Shown one piece after another: positions 42,200-57,150 of a stretch of 64,000 nucleotides of DNA. The translations under genes were made by a program, and so were the position numbers. Source of the stretch: the human T2T-CHM13v2.0 reference genome, Homo sapiens. Under the pieces are notes generated by a model that was not told the origin of the DNA, made no database searches, and worked only from the letters and a program-made list of their open reading frames with translations. The stretch's first letter is position 1. The number at the start of each line of letters is the position of its first letter. The stretch lies in assembly GCF_009914755.1 (NCBI RefSeq), contig NC_060927.1; one strand, 5' to 3'.

Positions 42200-42720
42200 T
42201 TATTTATGCACTTAAAATTATAATTTTATTTTAGAACAGATACTACACATCCCTGTTTAAAATGAAAAGGAACCGAAGAATGTACAGAGAATTTCCTTCC
42301 TACTCATCTTTGGTCTCCCAGCAGACAACCAAGTCATTAGTTTCTTTTGCATTCCCTCAGAGATATTTTATGTGTGTCGAAGCAAATACTTATGCAGTAT
42401 GTGACACCCACACACATGCACACACATACACACACACGTATACCTTATCCCCTTTTCAACACAAATCACACTCTGCACATTGTGCCTTGCCCTTCTCACT
42501 CACTCCGCCTTGGATATCATTCCATAGTGGTAGATAAAGAGCTTCTTCATTCTTTTAAATGGGTGTATAGTATTCTGTCATGGCATTATAGCATTATATT
42601 CTTATTTTCAACCTGTCCCCTGCTGATGGACATTTACCTAGTTTCCAGCATTAGCTGTAACAAACATGCTGCTTGGCTGGGTCAAAGATTATGTGCCTCT
42701 GCAGAGGTTATACCAGTTAA
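42200..42720 (-). mobile_element. L1ME 3' fragment with embedded CA-rich repeat
   Basis: ttcattcttttaaatgggtgtatagtattct...cccctgctgatggacattta. Confidence 0.6.
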
Positions 42721-43868
42721 CCCCCGACCCCCGCTCCTGCCCAGCAGTATATGAATCAGTGATATATTTTTAGAAAGTGCCTTTGGGAAGGCTGTTTGGA
42801 GGATGGAGTTTGGAGGGCCACATCTGAGCTGCAGCAGCCCATTAGGGACTAGCCAACATGAGCCTGCCATGGGCTATGGGAACTGGAGCTGGAACAGAGA
42901 AAGAGTCCAGAGGAGAGTTGGTAATTCAGTAGCTATGAGAGGGAGTCTATCAGATGAGTCGAGCCTGTTTTTAATAGTCTGTTCTGTTCACGGTAGATGA
43001 TAGAGTCAGTGTCCATCCCCTCTGTGGCTGTAGCAGAGACCTGGGCCCTCCTGCCCCTTGACCTGGCAGAGGAGATGCTGCTGCTGCTGCTGCGTGCACC
43101 TGAGCCTAGCCCTGTGGCCCCAGCTGGCAGGATGAGGAGAGGAGGCTGGACAGGGAGAAGCAGAGTGGGAGACAGGAGGGTTGGGGCATGCCTAGGTCTA
43201 CCTGAAGTCAGAGAGACACACCGTTCTGTGGGAGGCCAGAGGAGTGTCACAGGACAGGGGTGACCAAGAGGCCTCTTGGAACAGTGGGAAGAATTCTTCA
43301 GCAGTGGTGTCAGGAGCCCTGATTTCTAGTGTCTTCGATACTAGTTGGCTGTGTGATCTAGAGCACATGACCTAGACCCATGTCTGTGAGTCTCCGTTTC
43401 TTCATCTGAAACATAAGTTTACTGGAGATTAAGTAAGCTGACCTAGTGTGCATAGTCAGAGTGCCCGAAAAAAGAAAGGCCCTCCCTCCTCCATGCCTTC
43501 CCTCTATCCCCAGCAGTGGGATAGAATCAGCATCATCAGAGTCATTCACAGAGCAGTCTCCTCTGCATTGCCAATGACCATAATCCGATCCCGAGAAATG
43601 CTTCATGGGCATTCTTATAAGCTCAAAATGTAATTATTCTTCATTTTAATAGGGAAAATGTTTGTATATTCCTGCAGTACGAAGTTACACGCTTCTTGTT
43701 GAAATGACTCCAAATCCCGTTAAAAAGGAAACAGTCACTTCACTGGCTAACATTATGTTCCTGACATGATTTATAGCAGTTTCCCTTCATTCACTTTCTG
43801 TAACTTGTCTGTCTACCTGCTGTTGTTCAGCTCAGGTGTGCTGTACAGTAGGATGATGCTCACAAGCG

Positions 43869-43899
43869 TGCACGCACACACACACACACACACGCACAC
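43869..43899. repeat. Imperfect (CA)n
   Basis: Read directly. Confidence 0.9.
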
Positions 43900-44169
43900 A
43901 AATGTTCAGTACTTAGCGATTATGACACAGAACCTTAGATGCTCCTAACACCCCAGAAGGAATAGGACTGAGCCGTAGCACTGTGAGGAAAAGATGCTGT
44001 CCACTCCCTAATCCTCCCCCTTCTGCCTCCTCTACTTTCTCAGTCTTCTCTCATTTCTTAGCAAGGGCAAGTATCTAGCCATTTGCCAAGCCTAGTACGA
44101 AACTTTTTTTTTTCCCCCTGCTGAGACATTTCTTCCTCTGTCAAATGGAATGAAAGTGATAGGATTGGT

Positions 44170-44370
44170 GCAATAGAAAGGCACGGGTTTTGGAGTTAGA
44201 TGAGCCTATACCTAAACCCAGCCCTATTGCGTGTTAGCAGTGCGATCCTGGGCAAGCTCTCTGTGTTTTGTGGACCTCAGTTTCCTCATCTGCCATGGCA
44301 GTTCTGAAGCTTCAGGTCCAAGTGCCTAGCACAGGGCCTGTAGCCAGAAGCTGTGTAGTCACCATTTATT
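44170..44370 (+). mobile_element. MIR SINE
   Basis: gatcctgggcaagct...cctcagtttcctcatctg. Confidence 0.75.
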
Positions 44371-44477
44371 CCACTTTGCTCACTTTTACTGCAGTGCTTT
44401 GACCTGGGGCATTGGGCAACTTTCTGTGGGGCTCACCACCCCTTTTCCCTTTCTAACCTTCTCTTCTCTTATTCCAG

Positions 44478-44685
44478 GGGCCCAGATCATTGATCTGATG
44501 ATGCTGGTCATCGATGTGACCAAGGGGATGCAGACCCAGTCAGCGGAATGCCTTGTGATCGGCCAGATTGCCTGCCAGAAGCTGGTCGTGGTGCTGAACA
44601 AAATAGACCTCTTACCTGAAGGAAAGAGACAGGCAGCAATTGATAAAATGACCAAGAAAATGCAGAAGACCCTAGAGAACACCAA
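44478..44685 (+). CDS. EEFSEC: eEFSec coding exon (exon 2, 208 nt): C-terminal half of GTPase domain
   Basis: Polypyrimidine tract and ttccag| acceptor, donor CAA|gtaggt. Encodes (G)AQIIDLMMLVIDVTKGMQTQSAECLVIGQIACQKLVVVLNKIDLLPEGKRQAAIDKMTKKMQKTLENT(K), with the G4 NKxD motif of translational GTPases. Entry phase 1, exit phase 2. Confidence 0.97.
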
Positions 44686-47051
44686 GTAGGTCTGCTAATG
44701 AGAGCAATGTTCACTGCATAAGAAGGCTTCTGGGGCCTCCCATGTTCATTTCACAAACATGAATTGGACAGGCAGGTGTCAGCCTCCCGTCCTAGTAAGT
44801 GAGATCTCAACCTGGCATTTGCTCACATAAGGGCTGCATTAAATGAGGTAAAGGCTAACGTGTTTTTAAAAGAGGCCAAAAACCACAGGAGCATAAAGAA
44901 ACTAGAATTTGATGAGGCACAAGCCCTTCTGTGTCTCAGCTCACAGGAAGGAGAAGGAGCACAGGGACTCTGTGCCCAGTGTGCAAGGCCTGGACTGGCA
45001 AGGGTTCAGATCCTTTCTACTTAGCTTGTCTTGATAAAAACTTAGTCCCGCCTACATATATTGGCCATACTTTGGTGCAAGAGAGGCTAGGACTGTGTTC
45101 TCTTGCTATCTGCTTCTCTACAACTCGATTATCAAAAGGGGAAGATCAATTTTGGTAGATGACTGGTTGTTTCTGTTACAGAAGCTTGTAAGATTGGGTG
45201 GACAGACCGACAGATGGTTGTTGCTGCTGGAAGCCAGACTAGGAAACACCAAATCACAAAGGACCTTTTTAGCATCTTCTGCCAAGGAGTTTACAGTTTT
45301 ATCTTGTGGAAAGTAGGAAGTTATTAAGGAATTTTATGCAAGGGGTGGCTAGATGAGGTTTTTCATTAGGAGATCACTGGCTGCAGGTGGAAGGCTGGCA
45401 TGGTGAGGAGGACCCAGGAGGCAGCAGAGAGGAGAAGGAGGAGAAGGAGAAGGAGCAGCAGAGGCTACTGAACTGTAGTGGTTTTACCAGGGAGAGAAGG
45501 TGTTGCTCTGAGTTGAGGCAGAGCATGGAGGGAGGAGGTGGCTTGGGGAGATATCTAGCGGGAGAATCCACAGCCCTGGTGAAGCAATTCGCCTGGATCA
45601 CAGTAAGTGTGGAAGAAAGCTGGCAGTGCTACCTAGAAGGGCAGGGGTGCGGGAGGCACAGGGGGACTGTGAGACAGAAAGCCACCTGGTTGCTCAGGCG
45701 GCCACAGGAATGACTAATTCTGATGTGGTCAAGAAAATGAGAAAATGTCCTTGTTGAGCACAGTGTTGACAGACCTCATTGTTTTATCAATTTCTCTCTT
45801 CCTCTCTAGGCCAGTCCCTTTTGATCAATACTAAATAGCGGTCACTGGGAGACAGGGATGCTTCCTCTTTGCTATGCAGCCTGAGACAATATCCTGCCAC
45901 TTCCACCTCTCCTTCTTCTGCCCATGGAGGGCAAGCAAGTAGAGAGCGTTTTTGTTTCCCTGTCATAAAGATTGATATGCCTTCCCATTTATGATGTTTT
46001 TTTCAGATCCAACACCTGCAGCTCTCCCTCAGAATTCTCAAGTTGGTTAAATTAAAGCTCCAGCTCTGTGAATGGGCCAAATATGTCATAAAAGATTTTC
46101 TAGCGCTGCCTTTTGTTAGCAAAATTCATCAATCCGATAAAATCGACACATTTAGATAAGTGTTGCATAAGAATTCAGACTTTGTTATTCCCAGCGGAAG
46201 TGGATATGAGACTGTAAAAAGGAAGATAAAAAATTATATCTTCTTTTTAGTGAGTTATTTGATCTCCCTGTCGTTTTATTTACTTGTCAGAAAAGGAAGA
46301 ACAGGTCTTTTGGACTCCCGCAAAAAAACCCAGTACAACCTCAGTACTCAGATACAACCTCAGTATCATTTACTATAGAAATGGGACCTTCAGGGAAGGG
46401 CTTAGGGTACGTTTAAGGGTTAATTAATAGTAATAGTTTTGATTAAATTTAAGGAAAATTCTCATTTGCTTGTGAAAATTACTATTTCTATTTTAGTGTA
46501 TTGATTGAAGATCAAATTATGGACTTTATCACACATCCAGAGGAAATTGTCCATCTGAGGGTCCTTGGAAGCCCCTCCTGCCCTCATCCAGCACCAGCAG
46601 GCTGGTAGGGAAAGGAGAGGACTGTCACCCTGAGGGGTTGTAATCAGTGGGCATGTGACCTGCTGAACATTAGCTTTTACCTCCATGAAGCAAAGAACTT
46701 CTTTAAATGATTTTAAGTGACTATTTCATTTTCTTATGTTCCCTTGTTAAGTAAACCCTTCATAAATGCCAGTCCAGATGCAAAGAAACTTTCTGTCTAT
46801 AAAGGGAAAATGTGGACTGGTGAACCATGTACCTATCAAAACCAAAAAAGTGTTCAAAACATTAAATGTATTTTTTTCTGTCCAAAGAGTAACTGAAAGA
46901 AAACTTGGAAAATAGAGAAAAGTAGTTAAAAGAAAGAAGAGCCCACCCAAAGATTTCTTTTCTCAAATGGCAGCTGCTGGCACTTTTGGATTTTTTCATT
47001 TCTTTTTTCTTTTTAACTATGTGTAGTATTGCCCCCACTTTTTCTTCCACA

Positions 47052-48755
47052 TTTTTTTTATTGTGGTAAAATACATATAACATAATGTTTATCATTTTAG
47101 CCACATGTAAGTGTATAATTCAGAGCTATCAAGTACATTCACAGTGCTGTGTACCTGTCCCCACTATATATACCCCAAACTTTTTCATGACCCCCAACAT
47201 AAACTCTGTAGCCATTAAGCAATAACTCCCCTTTCTCCCTTCCTCCCACCCTGGCAACCTCTATTCTGCTTCTCATCTCTATGAATTTGCCTGTTCTAGA
47301 TACCTTTTATCAGTGGAATAATATACTATTTGGCCTTTTGTGTCTGGATTATTTCACTTAGCATAATGTTTTTAAGGTCCATCCTTATTGTAACATGTGT
47401 CAGAATTTCACTCCTTTTTGTGGTTGCATAGTGTTTTATTATGTCTATATACCACATTTTATTTATCCATTCTTCTGTTGGTAGACACTTGGGTTGCTTC
47501 CTGGCTACTGTGAATAATGCTGCTATGAACATGGATGTATAGCTATTTATTCAATTTTCTGCTTTCAATTCCTCTCAGTACATCCTAGGAGGTATGAAGT
47601 GGTATATCATCATAGTTTTCATTTGCATTTCCCTAGTTACTAATGATATTGAGCATCTTTTCATGGTTTAATAGCCATTTGTGTATCTTTTTTTGAGAAA
47701 TATCTATTCAAGTCCTTTGTACATTTTTAGGTTGGGTTGTTTTCTGTTGTTGTTGTTGTTGAATTGTAATAGTTATTTATGTATTCTGGACATTAATCCC
47801 TTGTCAGAGATATGATTTGCAAATATCTTCTCCTGTTTTGTAGATTGTCTTTTCACTTCGTTGATAGTGTCCTTTGATACACAAAACTTCCTAATTTGGA
47901 TGAAGTCTAGTTTATCATTTTTTTTAATTGCCTGTGCTTTTGGAGTCATATCCATGAAACTGTTGCCGAATCCTGTGTCATGAAGATTTTTATCCAGTGT
48001 TTTTTTCTAAGAATTTTGTAGCTTTAGCTCTTGAAGTTTAGGTCTTTGATCATTTTGAGTTAATTTTTGTATATGATGTAAGTTAAGGGTTCACCTTCAT
48101 TATTTTGCATGTGGATATCCAGTTTTCCAAGCACTTTTGTTGAAAAGATTGTCTTTTCCCCTTTTAACTTCGTAAAAAATCGATTGACCATATATGTGTG
48201 GGTTTATTTCTAGGCTTTCTGTTCTATTCCATTGGTCTATATGTCTGTCCTTAGGCTAGTGCCACACTGCTTTGATGTCTGTAGTTTTGTATTAAGTTTC
48301 AAAGTCAGAAAGTATGACTCTTCTCTCTTTGTTCTTTTTCAAGATTGTTTTGGCTATCTGGTGCTCCTTGCAGTTCCACATGAATTTGAGAATCTGCTTT
48401 TCCATTTCTGTGGAAAGGTTGTTGGAATTTTGATAGGTATTGCATTGAATCTGTAGATCTCTTTGGGTAGTATTGACATCTTAACAGCATTAAATCTTCT
48501 AATCCATGAACCATAGGATATGTTTTTGTTTAAGTCATCTTTAGTTTTTTTTGGTTTTTTTTTTTTTTTTTTTTTAGCAATGTTTTGTAGTTTTTAGCGT
48601 ACAAGGCTTTTGTCTCTTCGATTTATTCCTAAGTATTGGATTCTTTTAGAGGCCATTGTAAAGGAATTATTTTCTTAATTTATTTTGGATTGTTCATTGC
48701 TGGTGGATAGAAACACACCTGATTTTTGAACTTGTACCCTGCAACTTTGCTGAGT
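47052..48755 (-). mobile_element. L1MB-type 5'-truncated element (~1.7 kb) with degenerate ~20-bp TSD
   Basis: Minus-strand ORF2 remnants MTPKAQA..DKLDFIQI..EKIFANHISDKGL and MFIAALFTVA..EWINKMWYI..LKNIMLSEI. Flanks cccccactttttcttccacat and cccccatcttttctttacat. Confidence 0.92.
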
Positions 48756-48779
48756 CCTCCCCCCATCTTTTCTTTACAT

Positions 48780-49510
48780 ATAGTTGTAGTCATGAGGCAT
48801 GTACATTTTTATTTCTGCTTTTATTACTTAACATTTTACATATCATTTGCTCATGTAACCACCACTCTGTTGACCTACTAGACTGGCTTAAGTTTCTGTT
48901 CTTAAAAATAAAGCCTTAAGGTGAACATCTCTGTACATCATTAAACTGTATTTTCACCTTTTTCCTCATGATAGATTTGCAGGTATGAGATTATTAGATC
49001 AAGGGGTCTGAACATTTCTAAACTTTTTGCTGTGCATTGCCATATTATTTTCCAGAAGTGTTCTACCATTTTACACAGGTGTCAGCAGATTACTTTGGTT
49101 TATAATTTTAAACTATACTTGAAACTTAGTAGAAAATAGTGTTTTAGTAGAAATGGTAACTTAGTAGAAATGGTATTTTGTTCTTGTTTTAATTTGTGGT
49201 TCTTTATTTCCTGAAGTGTTTTGAACAGTTGTGCTTTTGTATGTGTGAATTATGCCCATGTAAAAATTTTGTCTGTTTGCCTCTTGCAATTTTAATTTTT
49301 TTTTAATTTTTGGGAGTGTTTAATATTAGTAAAGATATTGCTGTTAACCCTTCTATCATATTTGCTACAAATAAGTCTTTGGCATTTGTTGTCTTTCCAT
49401 TTTAGTTGCTTTTTTTGACATGCAGAAGTTTCTAATTTTTATGTAGTCAAACTCTTTGTTCTTCTTTGTGATTTCTTTATCTCTGAAAGCATTTAAAATT
49501 ACTCTTGCAT
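48780..49510 (-). mobile_element. L1ME fragment
   Basis: ggtgaacatctctgtacat...cattgccatattattttccagaag...gcagaagtttctaatttttatgtagtcaaa. Confidence 0.65.
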
Positions 49511-49924
49511 AAGCATTTATCAATGTTAACAGAAATCAAAACAGAAGATAAAAATGTACCCACAATCTTCTCAATGCATCAAATTAAAGTGTTTTTCCCC
49601 CAGGATCCCTGTCAGTCTTTCCTGCGTGTACATAATTTGAGGTAGTTGTTATCACAGCATTGACACTGTTCTGTGTTCTAGGCTTTTCTGTTTATTTTTC
49701 CACTAAATGTTATCATCTGACAGCATCCTTGATACATCATTCCCCCAGACTCCCTTTGTGTTTCTTCCTGCTTTTTAAACACTTTCTATTTCCTTCTGTC
49801 TGTTTTAGCCAGAGCCCTCTGTCTGGAGCCCACCAGGGACTCCATTGATCCTGCCTCCCTCCCTGTGAATGGGTTGAATGCCAATCTCAAGGAATTTCTC
49901 TGCTACTGAGTGGACTTTGACTAG

Positions 49925-50250
49925 GTGTATTTTCCATACTAGCTTTGTGGCTGACTAACTGTGTGTGCTTGGGCGACTCACTCCATCTCTCTGAGCTGCT
50001 ATTTCTTCCTTTGTAAAAGGGGAGCTGAAAAGTTCAGTCTCATAGCGTTTAATATGAGGGAGCATTTCACGTGGAGCCTGGCACACCATGGATATGTAGG
50101 AATAATAGCTGTAACATGTGGAGAACCTGCTGTGTACTTGGCACTGTACTAGGGGTTTCGCATACATAGTTCGTGGAATCAGTCGGATCCTTACAGTTTC
50201 CTAAGAGGTAGGTTTTGTGTCTGGCTTGACTATTGAGAAAAGTGAGGCTT
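49925..50250. mobile_element. MIR fragments
   Basis: tgtgtgcttgggcgactcactccatctctctgagct...cctggcacac. Confidence 0.6.
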
Positions 50251-53200
50251 AATAAATGTTGGCTGTTTTGAATCTACTATCCCAAAGGTAAAATTTATAC
50301 TCTATTTGTTTATATATCTTTATATGGATTATAAATTCATATATATATGTATATACACACACATACACATATATATTTATCTGAAACTTTTTTTGTGTGC
50401 TAACGAATGTCAGCTTGCATACACAGTCAGCACGTCTAGGCCCAGCAAGCACCGCAACATACTGTAGCTGCCAGGGAAGTCTGGAGGAGACAGTGGGATG
50501 GCAGGGACAGCAGTCCTTGAATGAGCTCTTGGTCAGCTCCTGCCCGCACTACAGAGCTGTGCAGCTGCCGTCTCTGGCTGGAGCCCCTTGTACTCCTAGA
50601 CCCCAGACACCAATCCAGTGGCTGCTAAACTCTACTCCCCAGGGCTCCATGGAGCTGGGTCTCCCTTGTACAGCCAGAAGCCAGGGTGCCCTAATGTGTA
50701 GCATGTTCAGCGTGTTGGGAAGGCTAGCTTCTCTTGAGTCTGGGAAAGGGCCAGACACCTGGCCCAACACACTGTTATGTTCTATTACTATATATTGCCC
50801 AAAAGGGTTTGGATAAAGATAGTTGAATTTCCAAAAGCTTTATAGGTAATCTCTGGAATTCCCCATGCACGTTCCTACAACTCTGTGTCCCTCTGAGCCT
50901 CAGGCTCAGGGCGTGGAAGCAGAGCCAGTGTACATGGCTTGGTCTTGGCTCCGTCAGCTCTGCGGATGGAGCCTTCGTGCTAAGAATAGATTTTTCTCCT
51001 ACCCATCTCTTTCTCCTATGGGAGAGGCCTGGACTCTGGACTCCTGCAGACCAGCCACTTACTCCCTGGCTCCCTGGGCGAGTCATAGCTTCTCTGAATA
51101 TGGTACCTGAACCCCTGCCCATGGACTATTGAGATGGTATGGACACCACCAAGCTTGGTGCCTGGTACAGAGCAGGTCGCAGAGAAGTCTGAGTTCTTTT
51201 CCTGCCTTTCCCATTTTCTCTCCTGTGTTTCTTTTCTTCTTTTCTGTCTCTCTTCCTCAGTGTTATTTTTTCCTTTTCCTCTTTCCTTCCCTCTCCTCAC
51301 TGTTCCTTCCTTTGTGAATTATTTTTGCCTCCCTCGTTCCCTCTCCAAGCTCTCTTTTGTCCTTCTGGGTATTGCCTTTCTCAAGGCAAAGACCTAAGCC
51401 CCGCTACTTCTGTGGGGGCAGTGTGTCATGTCTGAGCTACTCTAGAACTGATTGACAGGTGGGTCTGTGGCCCTCTTTGGAATCTCCTTACTGAACTGAA
51501 ATCATCGTGTCACACTGACCTTTGGAGCAATGAGTGGCCCCTGAGATTGTTTAAGTTGCTCTTTAGGGAACTTCAGCTTCCTCAGAGTTACGTCTCTTGT
51601 CTTTAAAAAAGAAAAAAATCTGATTTTCTTCAAGGGTTTGCTCCCAACCAGGCCAGGGCAGTGGGATGAGGTTTTAAAGGCCAGTTGAATTAAGCTCCTC
51701 CCAACTGAGGAGCTTCCTGTGCAGTTGGACAGGAGAGCCTGAGTACCTGGATGATGGCGAAGGTGAGCTAGGGAATTTGCTTTGTGTCGGAGTTAAAGGC
51801 CAGAGCTGAAGTGGCTCCTCAGAGTAGCAAGGGGATTCTGAGGAAGGCAAGTTTGCTTCTGGCTGGGGAGTCAGGAATGAGGACTAACTCTAGAAGGGCA
51901 TGTGATGACTAAGCAGGGGTGAGGTTCAAAATATGGAGCACAGGCCAGGAACTGGCCACTGGGAAGGGGTGCCATCATCTGTGGCTGTTGTGCTGGTATA
52001 GACGACTGGTGGTTGCAGCAGTTCCCAGGGCTCCTCGTGAGTTCCACACGGCACTTTTACACATGTTAACCGATTCAGTCTGGGAGACAACCCTGTGATC
52101 TAGGTCATGCCATCTCATGTTGGACAGGGAAATGGGGGCTGAGTGAGGTGAAATCGCATAAACCAGCTGTGGAATGGAAATTAGTCCTAGGTTTCTAGCT
52201 GGAATCCTGCCTCAGGCTGCCATTGCCTGGGTGAGGTTTGCCTAGGAGAGGAGGGGAAGGAGGTGAGGGCAACAGTGTGAGCTTGGGTTTTAAAAATGCA
52301 GATACCCAGGGCTTTTGCTGAGATGAATCAGTGTGGGGAGACTGGAGCAGATCCCAGAGGGCCTTGTGTACCACCCTGGGCCAGGACTTCATCCCAGGAC
52401 AGTCACAGAGTCCTGAGAGTGGGGAGGGGAGAGGGCCAGCACCTCAGAGTGGTGCTGCTGGAAGGTTCTCACAGCTGTGGTCTGTGCATGCACTTTGGAG
52501 AGCAGTTGGGAGGCCTGGGGTGAGAAGAGCCTGACCCAGAGTGGAAGCCATTAAGAATGAAAATCAGGATGGATTGGAGCAAGATCCTAAGAGGAGAACC
52601 AATTGGATGCAGTGACTGATGAGAGACATCAGTGACCATGCAGTCAGAGAGGACTAATTCAGAGGCCAGGGCAATGCCATCCCATATCAGAGGCCAGGAA
52701 TTAGAGGCCAGGAGGCAGCCTGATGGCAGATGGCAGGGTAGAACTAGAGTGCTGGGAATGGGGCTTGGCTGGGGATGCGGTTTGGGAGCGGCCCACAAGG
52801 GGGCTGTGGCCCTCATGGTCAGTATGCAGGGGAAGAGTTGGCCTCTCTGGCCACTCTTTGGGGAGGCCTGCAGTGGGCGCATGAGTGATGAAGAAGGGCC
52901 TCTCGGGGACGTGAAGGATAGTCAAGGGCCATGGAAATAAAGGTATGGGGTTGTCAGGGAGGAGGGAAGGATGCCACTGCTGGACAGTCACCTGGTCAGA
53001 TGCCACAGAGGAAAGCGATTGCAAGGGAAGAGCACTGAGTTGACCACTGGGAGCTGCTCTTGACCTTCAGGAACTTCTTTCTCTGCCATGCTTCCCCGAA
53101 CCCTGGCCCCCGTTCCTCTTAGTGTCACATGGAATTGGCACCCTGGTCTGGTGCCCCAGCCCCTCACCCCCATTGCTCTTGGGAGCCCTTTGTGTATTCA

Positions 53201-53941
53201 TTGTGCACGTTCCGTGGAGACTGGCGCAGAGGAAGTACTTAGTAAATGTCCTGCACTTAAAAGGGAAGGAGACAGAAGTGACCTTGTAAGAAAATCAGCC
53301 ATAAGCTCTGATGGGTAAACAGAAGTGGGATTTGTTTTGAAATATGAGAAGAAGGAGAAATTGGATGTTGATTGAAAGTGGCAGGGTGGGGGTGTCAAGC
53401 AAGAGGGCTTTTGTCCCAAGAGGAGAGAAATCTGGGGCTGTAGGAGTCTCTGGATGTGAGTCCAGGGAAGAGCTTGGAGGGGCTGGGGAGCGGGGCCGGG
53501 GCTGGGGTATCAGCATGGGTTCCTGGAAGGCCCCCATAGACCTGGCAGCAAGCTTGGGCTCTTCCCTTCAGGTGCCTCTTCTTGGGCTGGATCCTTCGCC
53601 TGGCTTCTGTTTGGGGCTATAGTGGGGGAATGTGAGGGGATGGCCTAGGGTCTGAGGAAGATGGAGGCAGTATTATTCAGAGTGAGGGACGTGCACCACA
53701 TGTCACACAAGATCCATCTGGGACTGTGCTTGGATGTGGCAAAATTGCAATGAAAGTTAACCTTCTTCAGTTATCTTTAAATCTCTTTTATTAAGTCAGA
53801 AAAAATGTCTCAAATTGGTACTGTTGTGTCTTAAAGATTTCCCTAACTTTTTAACCAGGCTCAGTGCCTTCAGCAGGTAATAGTATCTAGCTAGAATTTA
53901 ATAGCTCTATTTTGTTTTCTTTGTGTTTATTTTTGTAGCTA

Positions 53942-55595
<1,654 letters not shown>

Positions 55596-55999
55596 TACCT
55601 TTTATTTGTGGAATGTGGTGGTTTTCCATTTAGATAGTGGCATGAAATTGCGTTTTAAAATAAATATATTTAAGTAAGAACATTAATTCTTTTAAGGAAA
55701 ATAAATGAGCAAAGAATAGCTTAGGTGGCACACAAATTTGACAAAGCTTGTGAAGAGGATGTGGGACAATTGGTCTATGTGCAGGTCAACCCTGAGAGAG
55801 GAGGAGGAAGGGAGGGAGCAGAGCGACCTTGATGTTTTGTCATCCCCTCTTTGTGCCCAGGCTGGCACTGGGCTCAATCTTCTGCTTTTGTGTTTTGAAA
55901 GACCATTGATGCCATCTTCCAGGTCAGTGTCCCTGGGGAGTGGATGCTGGAGGTCATTCTGGGGATCCCAGCACCGTGGGAAGGACAGGGCTCTGGAAT

Positions 56000-56230
56000 A
56001 GGGCTTTTGGGACCAGAGTGCTGAGCTCTGGATTCCTCCTTGCTTCTGCTATTTGCTTCACCTGCGACCCTTTAGCAATCATTTGACCTCTCTGTGCCTC
56101 AGTTTCCTCATCTCTAAAATGATAATATAATACCTGACATCATTGCTGTGAGGATTAAATGGAGTCATGTGAAAGCATCTAGCCAGGTGCTGTGTGCATG
56201 GTGGGTGCTTCACCAATATTTGGAGAATGA
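56000..56230 (+). mobile_element. MIR SINE
   Basis: tctctgtgcctcagtttcctcatctctaaaatgataata...tgtgaggattaaatg. Confidence 0.85.
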
Positions 56231-56569
56231 ATGTGTGACTCTGAATATGGGAATGATGACAGAAGTTCTTCCTACCTTAGAGGGTTGTTAAGAATTCAAT
56301 AAATTTATGTCTGCAATTTGAAAGTGATAGCAAACTGTCATAGTATTGGGTACTATAATTATAGCTATCATATCGTTTTTTCGTTGGTTTGAGAACTAAA
56401 ATTACATATATTTAATGTATGTAATTAAGGGCAAGGGTTTTATTAATCTGGCTACAGGACTTAAATTTATGTTCCCTGATCCTTGAAGATCAGCTGCTTT
56501 CCAAATTCTCATATGGATTTGAGAAGGGACACATGCCCCTGCCTCCAACCTAGGCTGATGGAGGATTGT

Positions 56570-56800
56570 TCTCATGATAGTCTCAGGTTTAAAGTAAACT
56601 CAGAGTTGGCTTTAAATCACAGCCCCACCACTCATTAGCCTGTGGCCTGGAACAAGCTACCAAAGCTGGCCAAACTTTTAGGACCCTCTTCTATGAAATA
56701 GGGGGAGGAAGAATAATACCCACCTTTCAGGATTGTGATGAGAAGATGGGGATTGGAAAGCTTCTAGCACAATTGCTTGCACCATTGGTGCTCGGTAAAA
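56570..56800 (+). mobile_element. MIR SINE
   Basis: aataatacccacctttcaggattgtgatgaga. Confidence 0.6.
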
Positions 56801-57150
56801 GGTCCTGTCTCTTTCTGCCACTCCCACTGTGTTGCATGCTAGACTATATACAGAGAAGCACTTAGAGCAAGCCTCAGTGTCAGGAAGGTAAGGGTGGCTC
56901 TTCCTGGCGGAAACAAACTCCAGAACTAGAAGTGCTACAGAAATGTCTCCTGAAAATACATTGGGTATACAAACAATTGGAAGTGGTTCAATATTGTATG
57001 GCTTACTTATTAAGGCAATGCAATACAAATTAAAATGAAGTATATATTAAAAATAATTTTTAAAAGACTATTTTGTTATGTGTGCAGTGAAATAGGCATC
57101 TTAGATGTCCATTGTGGTAGTGGAAAAGGTAGCATACCTTTCAATCTATT

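Noticed and set aside
43078-43092. (CTG)5
   Set aside because: Too short to be unstable, and intronic.
44399-44689. Track ORFs 44399-44689, 59651-59884 and 62316-62693 as standalone genes
   Set aside because: They are EEFSEC exons extended into intron sequence. Homology stops at the splice sites.
49123-49176. ttagtagaaa x3, and a 15-bp tandem duplication at ~57471-57503
   Set aside because: Ordinary slippage inside decayed L1 sequence.
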